From the sequence record OR529409.1: a DNA stretch of 64,000 nt. One strand, 5' to 3'. The position numbers and the translations under genes are program-made. The notes beneath the pieces are model-generated. The model was given only the letters and a program-made list of their open reading frames with translations. It had not been told where the DNA came from and did not search any database. Below are positions 49,969 to 58,040 of this stretch, piece after piece. How positions within the stretch are numbered: position 1 is the stretch's first letter; each line of letters opens with the position of its first letter.

Positions 49969-50574
49969 ATGTTAAAAATTCGTTTCGAAGAATTAAAGAC
50001 CTTTAACAAACTCATTGTTAATGACTTTACCATTAAGGTCGATAAAGGCCACGAGAACCTTCCTGCTGAGCTTTACGAAGGTAAGACGCTCATTGCCACC
50101 ATACCGACAACAAAATCGTCCTCAGGCGTTCCTATTAAGCCTATGAACTTACTACCATTTGTTACTGTGATGGCTATGGGTGGGGCGATTATTAGTCAAC
50201 AGAAAGAAGGCGTCTTTGATAAACTCCAGGGTTTATCTGAAGAGATCTTTTCTCACGCGGTTCATCGTCAAACGATGGGAGAGCAGTTCTGCGATGATCC
50301 TAAGAATCACAAGTACCTTCGTGTGTGCTTGGATAATGGGGCGTGGTCAACTGAGAAGGAAATCCAACCCGGTATTTTTGTGAATAACGAGTTTTACGTG
50401 TCGTCCAACGTTAATTCGAAAAATCAGCGTTTTATGAAGGTTATTTCTATAACCGACGTCGCCTCCCCTAATCGTAAAAATATCGTTAGGCAGGAACTCC
50501 GTCAGGTTTACGTCTTCACTGTACCGTTTGGGGAATTCGGATTTAAACACGAATTGGTCCAGTCGATTAAATAA
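49969..50574 (+). CDS. Hypothetical protein
   Basis: 201 aa; followed by hairpin 50582-50603. Confidence 0.6.
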   Translation: MLKIRFEELKTFNKLIVNDFTIKVDKGHENLPAELYEGKTLIATIPTTKSSSGVPIKPMNLLPFVTVMAMGGAIISQQKEGVFDKLQGLSEEIFSHAVHRQTMGEQFCDDPKNHKYLRVCLDNGAWSTEKEIQPGIFVNNEFYVSSNVNSKNQRFMKVISITDVASPNRKNIVRQELRQVYVFTVPFGEFGFKHELVQSIK

Positions 50575-50626
50575 CGTTGAGAGGGGAGATTAAGTTCTCC
50601 CCTATTTAACCAACGAGGATAAGATT

Positions 50627-51148
50627 TTGGATCAAATTATTATCTACACCGACGGCAGTTGTCTTGAGAATAGCGCGGCCGGAGGACCGGGAGGATGGGC
50701 GTACATTATCGTAGGCAAGGATGAAAAATATTCGATAGAGCAAAACAAAGGTTATTTTAAAACCACAAATAACCGAATGGAAATGATGGCGTGTTTAGAA
50801 GCGTTATTGGAGTTCGATTACCCGAAAAGAATTATCATTCATACCGATAGCCAATATCTCATCGACGGGATGACTAAATGGATTTACGGTTGGAGAAAAA
50901 GGAATTGGGTGACGGGTTACGGAGAAGCAGTTAAAAACAAAGACCTTTGGCAGGCGTTGATTGACGCAAGCAAATTTCATAAGGTCACCTACGTGAAAGT
51001 TAAAGCACACAACGGCGATAAGTATAATGAACGTTGCGATGTTCTCGCTAAAGAAGCGGCGAGAAATCCAGAACTCGACGACGTAGGTTTCGTCCCCGTA
51101 CACAACCCACCCAAAATTAAATATCCTTATTACTTTAGGAAAAGATAA
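50627..51148 (+). CDS. rnhA: Ribonuclease HI
   Basis: YTDGSC; GPGGW; TTNNRMEM; TDSQY; KAHNGDKYNERCDVLA; TTG start with GAGG RBS. Confidence 0.95.
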   Translation: MDQIIIYTDGSCLENSAAGGPGGWAYIIVGKDEKYSIEQNKGYFKTTNNRMEMMACLEALLEFDYPKRIIIHTDSQYLIDGMTKWIYGWRKRNWVTGYGEAVKNKDLWQALIDASKFHKVTYVKVKAHNGDKYNERCDVLAKEAARNPELDDVGFVPVHNPPKIKYPYYFRKR

Positions 51149-51150
51149 TC

Positions 51151-52491
51151 ATGGTTTCAATTGATGATGTGCAGAAAAAACTCACTGCTTATTTTGACGA
51201 CCGTTTAATCGGACAACCTGAATTAGTAGAGGGTATTGTAACCAATATCAAACTACGAGAAATCTACCATAACAATTTAGCCTTTGCTAAAGAAACTGGG
51301 ATTTATATCCCCCCTTTAAATATGCTGGTTAGGGGAAAATCTGGCAACGGTAAAAGTCATTCGATTAACTTTATTTGTCGGTCTTTGGGATTACCTTTCG
51401 TCAGCGTCAACGCCACGGATTTTACTTCTTCCGGTTACGTTGGCGCTTCGTTGTCAGATATTCCTAAAATGCTGATCGATGAAGCAGAAAGGATTCTTAA
51501 AGAAAACGATCAAAATAAAGTAGGGTTCGACGTTCCCCCTCCTACACAGGACGATAAAGATATTGAGGAAGCCGACAATCGTTTTAAAGCGATAGAAAAA
51601 GAATTAATCGACTTGGGTGTTCGTATGGATAAAATGGGTCCTAAGCGACCTGCCTTCGCCCACTCTATACGTTTGTATGAAAAGGGGATACCGTACAGAA
51701 TCAAACTTTGTTTCCGTAACAAAACACCTAAGAAACTTTATGCCGAATTAACCGAAGGGAAGGAATTTACCGATAAAGAGAGGACTAAGATTAATAGTCT
51801 GTTAAACAAGCTATCAACCCCATATAAACCCTACTCGTTTAAATTCGATACAAGTCTCATTGATAAGTTCAGGTTAGGTGGAATAAAAGATTCTAATCCT
51901 GGAGTCAAAGAGTACGCCCAAAATAAGGGCATCGTCATGATCGATGAGATCGATAAAATCCTTATGGGTAAGAACGGACAATACAACGTTGGGACTCACG
52001 GAATCATCAGGGAGATTCTAGCCTATCTGTCCGGATCAAACATCATGAGCGGAGGTGATATGTTTGACACCTCTAACGTGATCTTTATCTGCGCTGGAGC
52101 TTTTGACATGGTAGACTTTAAAGATATCCCCACCGAACTCTTAGGTCGGCTCCCTACACGTTTAACCGTTAAGGACCCGTCCGAGGAAAGTCTTTATCGG
52201 ATGCCGACTTCCCAGGTAGTCGACCCGTGGGGTATGGTCAAACTCATTCTTCGTAACAAAGGATGTGAGAATTTTATCATTAGCGATGAAATTTCTAGGC
52301 ATATCGCCAAACGTGTTATTGAGGACGAAAAGATCAAACCCATTGGGGTCAGACGTTTAATGGCCGTGATTAGCGAAATCGCTAAAATTTATTATCTCAT
52401 GGACGAGATAGATAAAGAGATAACTTTATCAGAGTTCGTAGCGGATAAAGCACTTAAAACGATTAGAGACGGTTTATTAGAATCGGTTTAA
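51151..52491 (+). CDS. hslU: HslU/ClpX-like AAA+ ATPase
   Basis: Walker A GKSGNGKS; pore loop ATDFTSSGYVG; Walker B MIDEIDK; FICAGAF; ELLGRLP; GVRRL. Confidence 0.85.
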   Translation: MVSIDDVQKKLTAYFDDRLIGQPELVEGIVTNIKLREIYHNNLAFAKETGIYIPPLNMLVRGKSGNGKSHSINFICRSLGLPFVSVNATDFTSSGYVGASLSDIPKMLIDEAERILKENDQNKVGFDVPPPTQDDKDIEEADNRFKAIEKELIDLGVRMDKMGPKRPAFAHSIRLYEKGIPYRIKLCFRNKTPKKLYAELTEGKEFTDKERTKINSLLNKLSTPYKPYSFKFDTSLIDKFRLGGIKDSNPGVKEYAQNKGIVMIDEIDKILMGKNGQYNVGTHGIIREILAYLSGSNIMSGGDMFDTSNVIFICAGAFDMVDFKDIPTELLGRLPTRLTVKDPSEESLYRMPTSQVVDPWGMVKLILRNKGCENFIISDEISRHIAKRVIEDEKIKPIGVRRLMAVISEIAKIYYLMDEIDKEITLSEFVADKALKTIRDGLLESV

Positions 52492-52493
52492 AC

Positions 52494-52525
52494 TTATATC
52501 CTGGGCTGATCAGCCCAGGATATAA
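52494..52525. terminator. Perfect 32-bp palindrome (terminator)
   Basis: TTATATCCTGGGCTGATCAGCCCAGGATATAA. Confidence 0.75.
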
Positions 52526-52554
52526 TTCGTCAATTTAACTTTTGGAAACGAATC

Positions 52555-53049
52555 ATGCTTTTAGACGAATGGGTCGGTGTTTTTAACTCGCTATCCTCGG
52601 ATTTGAAAGGAAGGGATGTAGAGGGTTACATTTACTTGTTTGGAGATATCATTAACGGTTTGTTGTGGGCTGGATTAGTGGGTTGGTCGATATCGTTAGT
52701 GAAGCGACGTAAGAAAAACAAACGAAGAGAAGAGAATGATTATAAGTTAGCGGAATTAATTGAGTCATTCCTTGTCTTTGAAGGCATTACGCCGGATAAG
52801 TATTCCATCCCCAAGTTCCTAATAAAGAATGAGAAAGAACTCCTTATCGCACTAGACTACTTTTTAAGGAAGGACCCGTTGCTGCGTAAGAAGCTGAGAT
52901 TCAAGCGATTAGAAGTTAAATTATCGGAGGATAAGATCAAGATAAGATTTAAGACTATCTTTAGAGCTGGCGTATACGGCGTATCGGCCGATTCCTCAAG
53001 GTTACTAATCTTCTTAGGCCTGTTACTGGAGAAAAATAAAAATGGTTGA
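52555..53049 (+). CDS. Membrane-anchored hypothetical protein
   Basis: TM segment INGLLWAGLVGWSISLV followed by a basic cluster. Confidence 0.65.
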   Translation: MLLDEWVGVFNSLSSDLKGRDVEGYIYLFGDIINGLLWAGLVGWSISLVKRRKKNKRREENDYKLAELIESFLVFEGITPDKYSIPKFLIKNEKELLIALDYFLRKDPLLRKKLRFKRLEVKLSEDKIKIRFKTIFRAGVYGVSADSSRLLIFLGLLLEKNKNG

Positions 53050-53428
53050 ATTATCGTTACCTTCTATCGTTTTTGGAATTGGGTTAGGTGCAGCGTTAAC
53101 TCTTTTTTGGATCAAATTCTTAAAGGGAGTGTTGGAGAAGAAAGAAGCTGAAAGGAAACTTAAAGAGGAAATAGATGAAAAATCTAAGGAGTTGGATTTA
53201 CTGGTGTCTAAATTAAGAAAAGAGGTTCGTAGTCTTGATGAGTTACTTAACCATCCGGACTTCGCCGAACTGTACAGTTTTCTTAAATGTTCGATAATAG
53301 TAAGGTCCGACGCCCTTTTCATTATTTCGCCGTATTGGAGTAATACCAAAGAATGCTTTGAACATATTCCGATTCATTTAAAGCGGGTTGACCGGATCTC
53401 CTCGCGCATTTTAGGCGAACTTATCTAA
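53042..53428 (+). CDS. Membrane-anchored coiled-coil protein
   Basis: N-terminal TM SIVFGIGLGAALTLFWI, then a coiled coil. Confidence 0.65.
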   Translation: MVELSLPSIVFGIGLGAALTLFWIKFLKGVLEKKEAERKLKEEIDEKSKELDLLVSKLRKEVRSLDELLNHPDFAELYSFLKCSIIVRSDALFIISPYWSNTKECFEHIPIHLKRVDRISSRILGELI

Positions 53429-53464
53429 GTTCGATTTCTAAAACATACACTCATTAGGCAAATT

Positions 53465-53704
53465 ATGAAACTCAAAGACTATCAGCATCACGTTTCCATC
53501 GTCCAACACGAAGATGGAAAAGAACTCCCCTATTTCAAACAAAAGACTTACTGTGGTGCTAAACCTGAACCTTGGATGTTCCAAGGAGCTGGGCACGCTA
53601 TACTGGCGATTTCTAATCAAAGCTACACACAACCCTGCCCAGAATGTGTTAAAGCCATACAGACGATTACAGAGGGTTATTTAAAGGAAAATTCCAATGA
53701 CTAA
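53465..53704 (+). CDS. Small Zn-binding protein
   Basis: YCG...GHA...CPEC (C/H/C/C ligand set). Confidence 0.65.
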   Translation: MKLKDYQHHVSIVQHEDGKELPYFKQKTYCGAKPEPWMFQGAGHAILAISNQSYTQPCPECVKAIQTITEGYLKENSND

Positions 53705-54590
53705 AAGTTGCGGTAAAAACATTCTTTCAGCAAAACAGGTCAAGAAAAATCTCGAACATTTACACGACACCCACCTAGTCAAATTAGGGGCGGTGTCCGA
53801 CCAACTATTCAGCGTGCAATCTTTAAAAGCCTCATTATCTCGATTATTTGAAGCGGGTGAGTTGGGTGAAGTTATTGCCGACCCGGATTATTTTAATGAC
53901 GGGGTTTGTTTGGATCGTGATACCATTGAGTTTAAGAACCTCTGCGGGTTTATGGTGTCTGATTGCTTTTTCGATCTTGACGATGGCTTTTTCCATATCG
54001 GGTGTAAAGTAAGGTTTTTAAATAGTTTTAATGTCAGAACTGAAGACGAAATAGAATTCATTCCTAGGGTTTTATTCGATGACCAGGGAAGACCTAAGAT
54101 CGTTGCATTCGATGTTAAGATTCATCCATTTATCGACGCTATAACCGAAGCGGTTAAAAGCCATTCTTACGGTTACACCCATGTCAAGAACTTCCTGTCC
54201 CAAACCGATTCCAACACACATACTTTAATACTAGGTTATTTTGATAAAAATAAAATCGCCCCTATCGAGATCGAGAGAGCGTTGTCTCTCCTTTCCTTAA
54301 GTGGGGCGCCTATAGGGGAAGGTTCTAGACCGCCTACCGGAAGATCTAAGAAGAGATGGAGGACAGTAGATCATAATAATTCGCTTGGGCGAGTTATTTC
54401 ATATGCGATAAATGACCATAGCGAAGACGCTTATTTTGTGGCGGGCGTTATTGAATTGAACTTGAATAATCCTCTAGTACTAGAGACCTTTAAACAAGGG
54501 GCATTAACTATCGCCCCCAGAGTTTCTATGAATGTGGATATCTTTTCTTCCTGCACGGAACTTATCTGCTTTGATCTCATTCAGGAATAA
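53697..54590 (+). CDS. Protein with two tandem degenerate prohead-protease-like domains
   Basis: Halves align: TH.v.LG...LS.L..G..GE, R.Tv...N, PRV, FD[VL]. Catalytic His and Ser are absent. Confidence 0.6.
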   Translation: MTKSCGKNILSAKQVKKNLEHLHDTHLVKLGAVSDQLFSVQSLKASLSRLFEAGELGEVIADPDYFNDGVCLDRDTIEFKNLCGFMVSDCFFDLDDGFFHIGCKVRFLNSFNVRTEDEIEFIPRVLFDDQGRPKIVAFDVKIHPFIDAITEAVKSHSYGYTHVKNFLSQTDSNTHTLILGYFDKNKIAPIEIERALSLLSLSGAPIGEGSRPPTGRSKKRWRTVDHNNSLGRVISYAINDHSEDAYFVAGVIELNLNNPLVLETFKQGALTIAPRVSMNVDIFSSCTELICFDLIQE

Positions 54591-54593
54591 GTT

Positions 54594-54698
54594 ATGGCTA
54601 AATCCAAAATGTCCGACTTTATTGATATTGCCGTGCTGTTCCTGGTAATATCTCTCGTCTTAACCTTTTTCTTTTACGCTATTATTAAATATGGATAA
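54594..54698 (+). CDS. 34-aa single-TM miniprotein (not in the ORF track)
   Basis: MAKSKMSDFIDIAVLFLVISLVLTFFFYAIIKYG; fills the gap and overlaps the next start. Confidence 0.55.
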   Translation: MAKSKMSDFIDIAVLFLVISLVLTFFFYAIIKYG

Positions 54699-55041
54699 AA
54701 CTACTATGTTTGACCTTATTAAGCTTCTCGAGATCTTCCTGGGATTCTTTATTTGTATTCTGCTGATCGTTCTGCTTGTCATAACGACACGTAAGAATAA
54801 ACGACCCCAACTCCCTCCTACGCATGAAACCCTTCGGTACATCATCTCTGGCGCCCTACAGACGGGAGTTTATAATACTCCCGATCTTTATGTCGAACTC
54901 GCCTTAAAACTCTCTAAGGACTACGGAGAGCTCTTAAACGTTAAAATAGAGTACGATCATTTATCGTCGTCTAGTCATAAAACGTTTTATATAAAGGATT
55001 ATACACTTAAACGAGTTTACCCGTTAACCTTTAACGCATAA
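54691..55041 (+). CDS. Membrane-anchored hypothetical protein
   Basis: N-terminal TM IFLGFFICILLIVLLVI followed by RKNKRP. Confidence 0.65.
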   Translation: MDKTTMFDLIKLLEIFLGFFICILLIVLLVITTRKNKRPQLPPTHETLRYIISGALQTGVYNTPDLYVELALKLSKDYGELLNVKIEYDHLSSSSHKTFYIKDYTLKRVYPLTFNA

Positions 55042-55051
55042 AACGTTGATC

Positions 55052-55083
55052 TACTCCTACTCCCGTAATAGGGAGTAGGAGTA
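55052..55083 (+). terminator. Intrinsic terminator
   Basis: TACTCCTACTCCC-GTAATA-GGGAGTAGGAGTA. Confidence 0.8.
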
Positions 55084-55417
55084 CTCTTATGAATTTATTT
55101 TTAGTTAATTAATGTTAAACCTAGGATAGTATAGTATAAATAGCTCTAGCGTAATATATTAGGCCTTCGGCCTAAAGGGCTAGGGTAAGTCAATTCGTTC
55201 GTTTCAGCATCAATCAAGGTATTCGCTACGCTCATACTTTCTTATGCTTACACTCACCCATGCAACCTGGAGAGAAACCCCGACTGAACAAAGTTGTTTA
55301 TTCCTTCTCAGGGGAATAAACAGTTCGTCGGCTAAAGACATAGGATGTTTTATGATCAGTAAAGAAATACGATAATCTAAACTTATTAGTTCAAACACTG
55401 TAATCTAGGAGATAACC

Positions 55418-55534
55418 ATGAATATCATAATACCATTAAAGCTACTCGGAGGGTTACTTATCCTGGGAGTGGGTTTTGGATTACTGGTTTATCTCATTGT
55501 TAAACTCTCCGTTAAAATGGCGTATAAAAAATGA
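55418..55534 (+). CDS. 38-aa single-TM miniprotein (not in the ORF track)
   Basis: RBS AGGAG; MNIIIPLKLLGGLLILGVGFGLLVYLIVKLSVKMAYKK; ATGA overlap with acb1. Confidence 0.7.
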   Translation: MNIIIPLKLLGGLLILGVGFGLLVYLIVKLSVKMAYKK

Positions 55535-55998
55535 GTGAAGAAGAGTTGTCATTAGGTTATATTTCGGTTAAAGTCATTCCCACTCAGGAAGGGATTCTTA
55601 AAGATAAGGTGTTGGATGCAGGTTGTCTTCCGTTAGATGAAGGGACGTACCACGCTACGCTTATTTTTGATATTCATCAAGATGGGGTGATCCCTAACGT
55701 ACCTATGATCCCTGAAAAGATCTTCGAGGGAAAGGTTATTGGAATCAAGGAACTCGGAGAGCGTAAAGGTGATATTATCTCAGCCGTTGTACTCGAACTG
55801 GATTCTCCTGAATTGACAGAAGAACATGATCGGTTAAAACAATGTGGGTATGGACATTCCTATCCGGATTACACCCCCCATATTTCGCTGGCTTACAAGG
55901 TCACAGAAGAGCAAATGGAAGACCTCAAACGACAGTGTGAGTCGCTTATCGGTAAAACGTTCTACTTATCCGGAGAGAGCATCGACTGGATAGATTAA
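55531..55998 (+). CDS. acb1: Anti-CBASS nuclease Acb1 (2H phosphoesterase, T4 gp57B-like)
   Basis: Two HxT/S motifs (YHATL, YTPHISLAY); VVLELDSPEL..EH; HSYPDY; C-terminal Trp lid (DWID). Confidence 0.85.
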   Translation: MSEEELSLGYISVKVIPTQEGILKDKVLDAGCLPLDEGTYHATLIFDIHQDGVIPNVPMIPEKIFEGKVIGIKELGERKGDIISAVVLELDSPELTEEHDRLKQCGYGHSYPDYTPHISLAYKVTEEQMEDLKRQCESLIGKTFYLSGESIDWID

Positions 55999-56011
55999 GA
56001 GGCAAAGGGGT

Positions 56012-56440
56012 ATGTCTGATAAACTTACTATATCGCTTTTTAAGCTTATAAAAAACCATACTGGGATGACGTTAAAGGAAGGTGAATTCTCTTTAACGGG
56101 AGAAAGACCCTTTTGGTTCAGAATACCTCCTTTCTCCCTTAACCCCAGTTCAAGAGAGAGATTGAGAGATCTCTTTCAAGATAACTTTGATGTGACTGTA
56201 GTTGATTATGTTGACGATTACCAGATCATATTCAGCCAAATTGAACCAACAACTTCTCGTCGTATAAAACGCGTCAGGAACATCCTAGATGTGCTAGAAA
56301 GAGAGTACGGTAGAAACTGCCTCAGACCAGAAACCGGTAGAATCTTGAGCGGATATCACTCTACTCATAAAGACAGAATAGAACAGGAAGAACTTGCTTA
56401 TAATAAAAAGATTTTAAATGAAGCGTTACGAAGACGTTAA
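56012..56440 (+). CDS. Hypothetical protein between acb1 and tad2-like
   Basis: 142 aa; RBS GAGG/GGGG. Confidence 0.65.
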   Translation: MSDKLTISLFKLIKNHTGMTLKEGEFSLTGERPFWFRIPPFSLNPSSRERLRDLFQDNFDVTVVDYVDDYQIIFSQIEPTTSRRIKRVRNILDVLEREYGRNCLRPETGRILSGYHSTHKDRIEQEELAYNKKILNEALRRR

Positions 56441-56481
56441 TCTTATGCAATATTTTTAAACTTAAAACGTGGGGTGGGTAA

Positions 56482-56805
56482 ATGACGTACGATGAAGTCG
56501 AGAAATATCTGGAAATGGGAGAAGCTATCTCTAAGGGTAGTTGGAAAGCTAACGAAGCGGTTTATTTAGAGCCGACGACGTTACTTAATCCAGCGCACTA
56601 TCCTGAGTGTTTAAAGGCCGCAGGTATTAACTCCCTTTTGAGAGTCGATCGACATTTAGTGCGTGTTACCGCGAGTAACACTGTTGAGCGTTTTATTCCC
56701 AACATTGTAGAAAGAAAAGAAAACGATTGGTACGTTAAGAGTTATACTTTCGAACAAAATAAAGCATTGCCAGAACACAATCAAACCCAAGAAGAAGCTG
56801 CATAA
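56482..56805 (+). CDS. tad2: Tad2-like (DUF2829) immune-signal sponge
   Basis: MTYDEVEKYLEMGEAISKGSW (M.f.eal..l..G..v.r.gW pattern) and TASNTVERFIPNIVERKENDWYV (ta.n....w.ps..d..a.DW pattern); divergent. Confidence 0.6.
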   Translation: MTYDEVEKYLEMGEAISKGSWKANEAVYLEPTTLLNPAHYPECLKAAGINSLLRVDRHLVRVTASNTVERFIPNIVERKENDWYVKSYTFEQNKALPEHNQTQEEAA

Positions 56806-56824
56806 TAACACCCCCCCCCCTACA

Positions 56825-56943
56825 CTTAGATTTTAACCAGGAGAGGCTTACGCCTCTCCTGGTTTATTTTACTTGTATTCTTTTTTGGATCGATATTATT
56901 TATGTGTAAACCTCAATAACTTTTAGGAATCAACATCATGAAT
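56825..56943 (+). repeat. Terminator-promoter-RBS cassette, copy 1
   Basis: CTTAGATTTTAA, hairpin AACCAGGAGAGGC-TTAC-GCCTCTCCTGGTT, TATTTTACTTGTATTCTTTTT, then TTTAGGA...CATCATGAAT. Confidence 0.85.
56890..56908 (+). promoter_or_regulatory. Putative early promoter TCGATATTATTTATGTGTA
   Basis: 16/19 match to 14402-14420. Confidence 0.55.
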
Positions 56944-57153
56944 GGTCTTTTTGGAACAGGTTGTTTGCTGTTAGGTGCTGCAGTGTATTTCTTCCTGAAG
57001 TACCTAGAACTACGTAAAGATTTTAAAGAGAATAAGATTAAAGATAAGGGCCGGGCGTCTGGGTATAAAAATACCTATTTCTCTTTAACCATTTGTGTTT
57101 TGGGTCTGGGCGTCTTTTTAATGGTTAATGGAACTTTGTTGGAGATCAGATAA
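56938..57153 (+). CDS. Small two-TM membrane protein
   Basis: 71 aa; two hydrophobic segments around a basic loop. Confidence 0.65.
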   Translation: MNGLFGTGCLLLGAAVYFFLKYLELRKDFKENKIKDKGRASGYKNTYFSLTICVLGLGVFLMVNGTLLEIR

Positions 57154-57620
57154 TGGATATCGTTATGTTGACCGACGCAGAAACAGTTTTGGGTGTCGTC
57201 GATGCAGAGGAATACTATCTTCCTACGGGAATTATGCGGCATTGGATACAGATGGCTATCCGAAGAGGGCCGGGGCATTGTAGGGCATTTTGGTTTGAAG
57301 GTGGGATCCTTGTTTTGACCAAAATACCCTTAACGGATAGCAATACCTGGAACGCTTCGATTTGGATTTCTGAAGATTACAGGCGAAAGGGATTGGCTAA
57401 ACGAATAACCGTTTTGGCTTTGGATATGTTCAGACTGGCTAACGCGACTCTACGTTTCCATCCTTGGGATGACCGTAGCGTCGCATTCTTTTCTAATTTG
57501 GTTAACGAGGGATTGTTGACCGGAAAGAATTTTGGGGATATGGGGTCCAGACGTCTTTTATCTTCTGAACTCCTTAAAGACCCTGAGGCTTTTACATCCC
57601 AGCGCACTGAGCGCATTTAA
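57153..57620 (+). CDS. GNAT-family acetyltransferase
   Basis: Motif A IWISEDYRRKGLA; SVAFFSNL-like motif B. Confidence 0.7.
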   Translation: MDIVMLTDAETVLGVVDAEEYYLPTGIMRHWIQMAIRRGPGHCRAFWFEGGILVLTKIPLTDSNTWNASIWISEDYRRKGLAKRITVLALDMFRLANATLRFHPWDDRSVAFFSNLVNEGLLTGKNFGDMGSRRLLSSELLKDPEAFTSQRTERI

Positions 57621-57644
57621 TCTTTCATAGTAAGAGGTAATATA

Positions 57645-58025
57645 ATGGACCGTAACGAATTAGCGATTATTCTTATCGATCAACTTAACAGATTCCTTTA
57701 CCCTAAACTTGATAAAACCAATATGACCAAGTTTAGTTTATTGGGAACGTTAAATCCTGAAGTAGTAGCTACTGAATTCTACAATAAGGAAACCTGTGTG
57801 GGGTCGTCGTACGTGTCCCTGATGCTTAAAGAACACGGTATTGCCGATGACGCTTTCATAAGGGTCAACAAGCAATTGTCGGACTACGGCGACATCTTAA
57901 TATCACACTCCTATAAAGTGCTAGGGGATGGTTTCAATGGTTTCTTTGTGACCGTGACGTTTAATCTGGATTTAACCAAGCTTAACATGCTTAAGTTCGC
58001 TAATGAGCTTGCGCGCTACGAATAA
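57645..58025 (+). CDS. Hypothetical protein
   Basis: 126 aa; RBS GAGGT. Confidence 0.65.
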   Translation: MDRNELAIILIDQLNRFLYPKLDKTNMTKFSLLGTLNPEVVATEFYNKETCVGSSYVSLMLKEHGIADDAFIRVNKQLSDYGDILISHSYKVLGDGFNGFFVTVTFNLDLTKLNMLKFANELARYE

Positions 58026-58040
58026 ATCGTAGGGTCCGCG

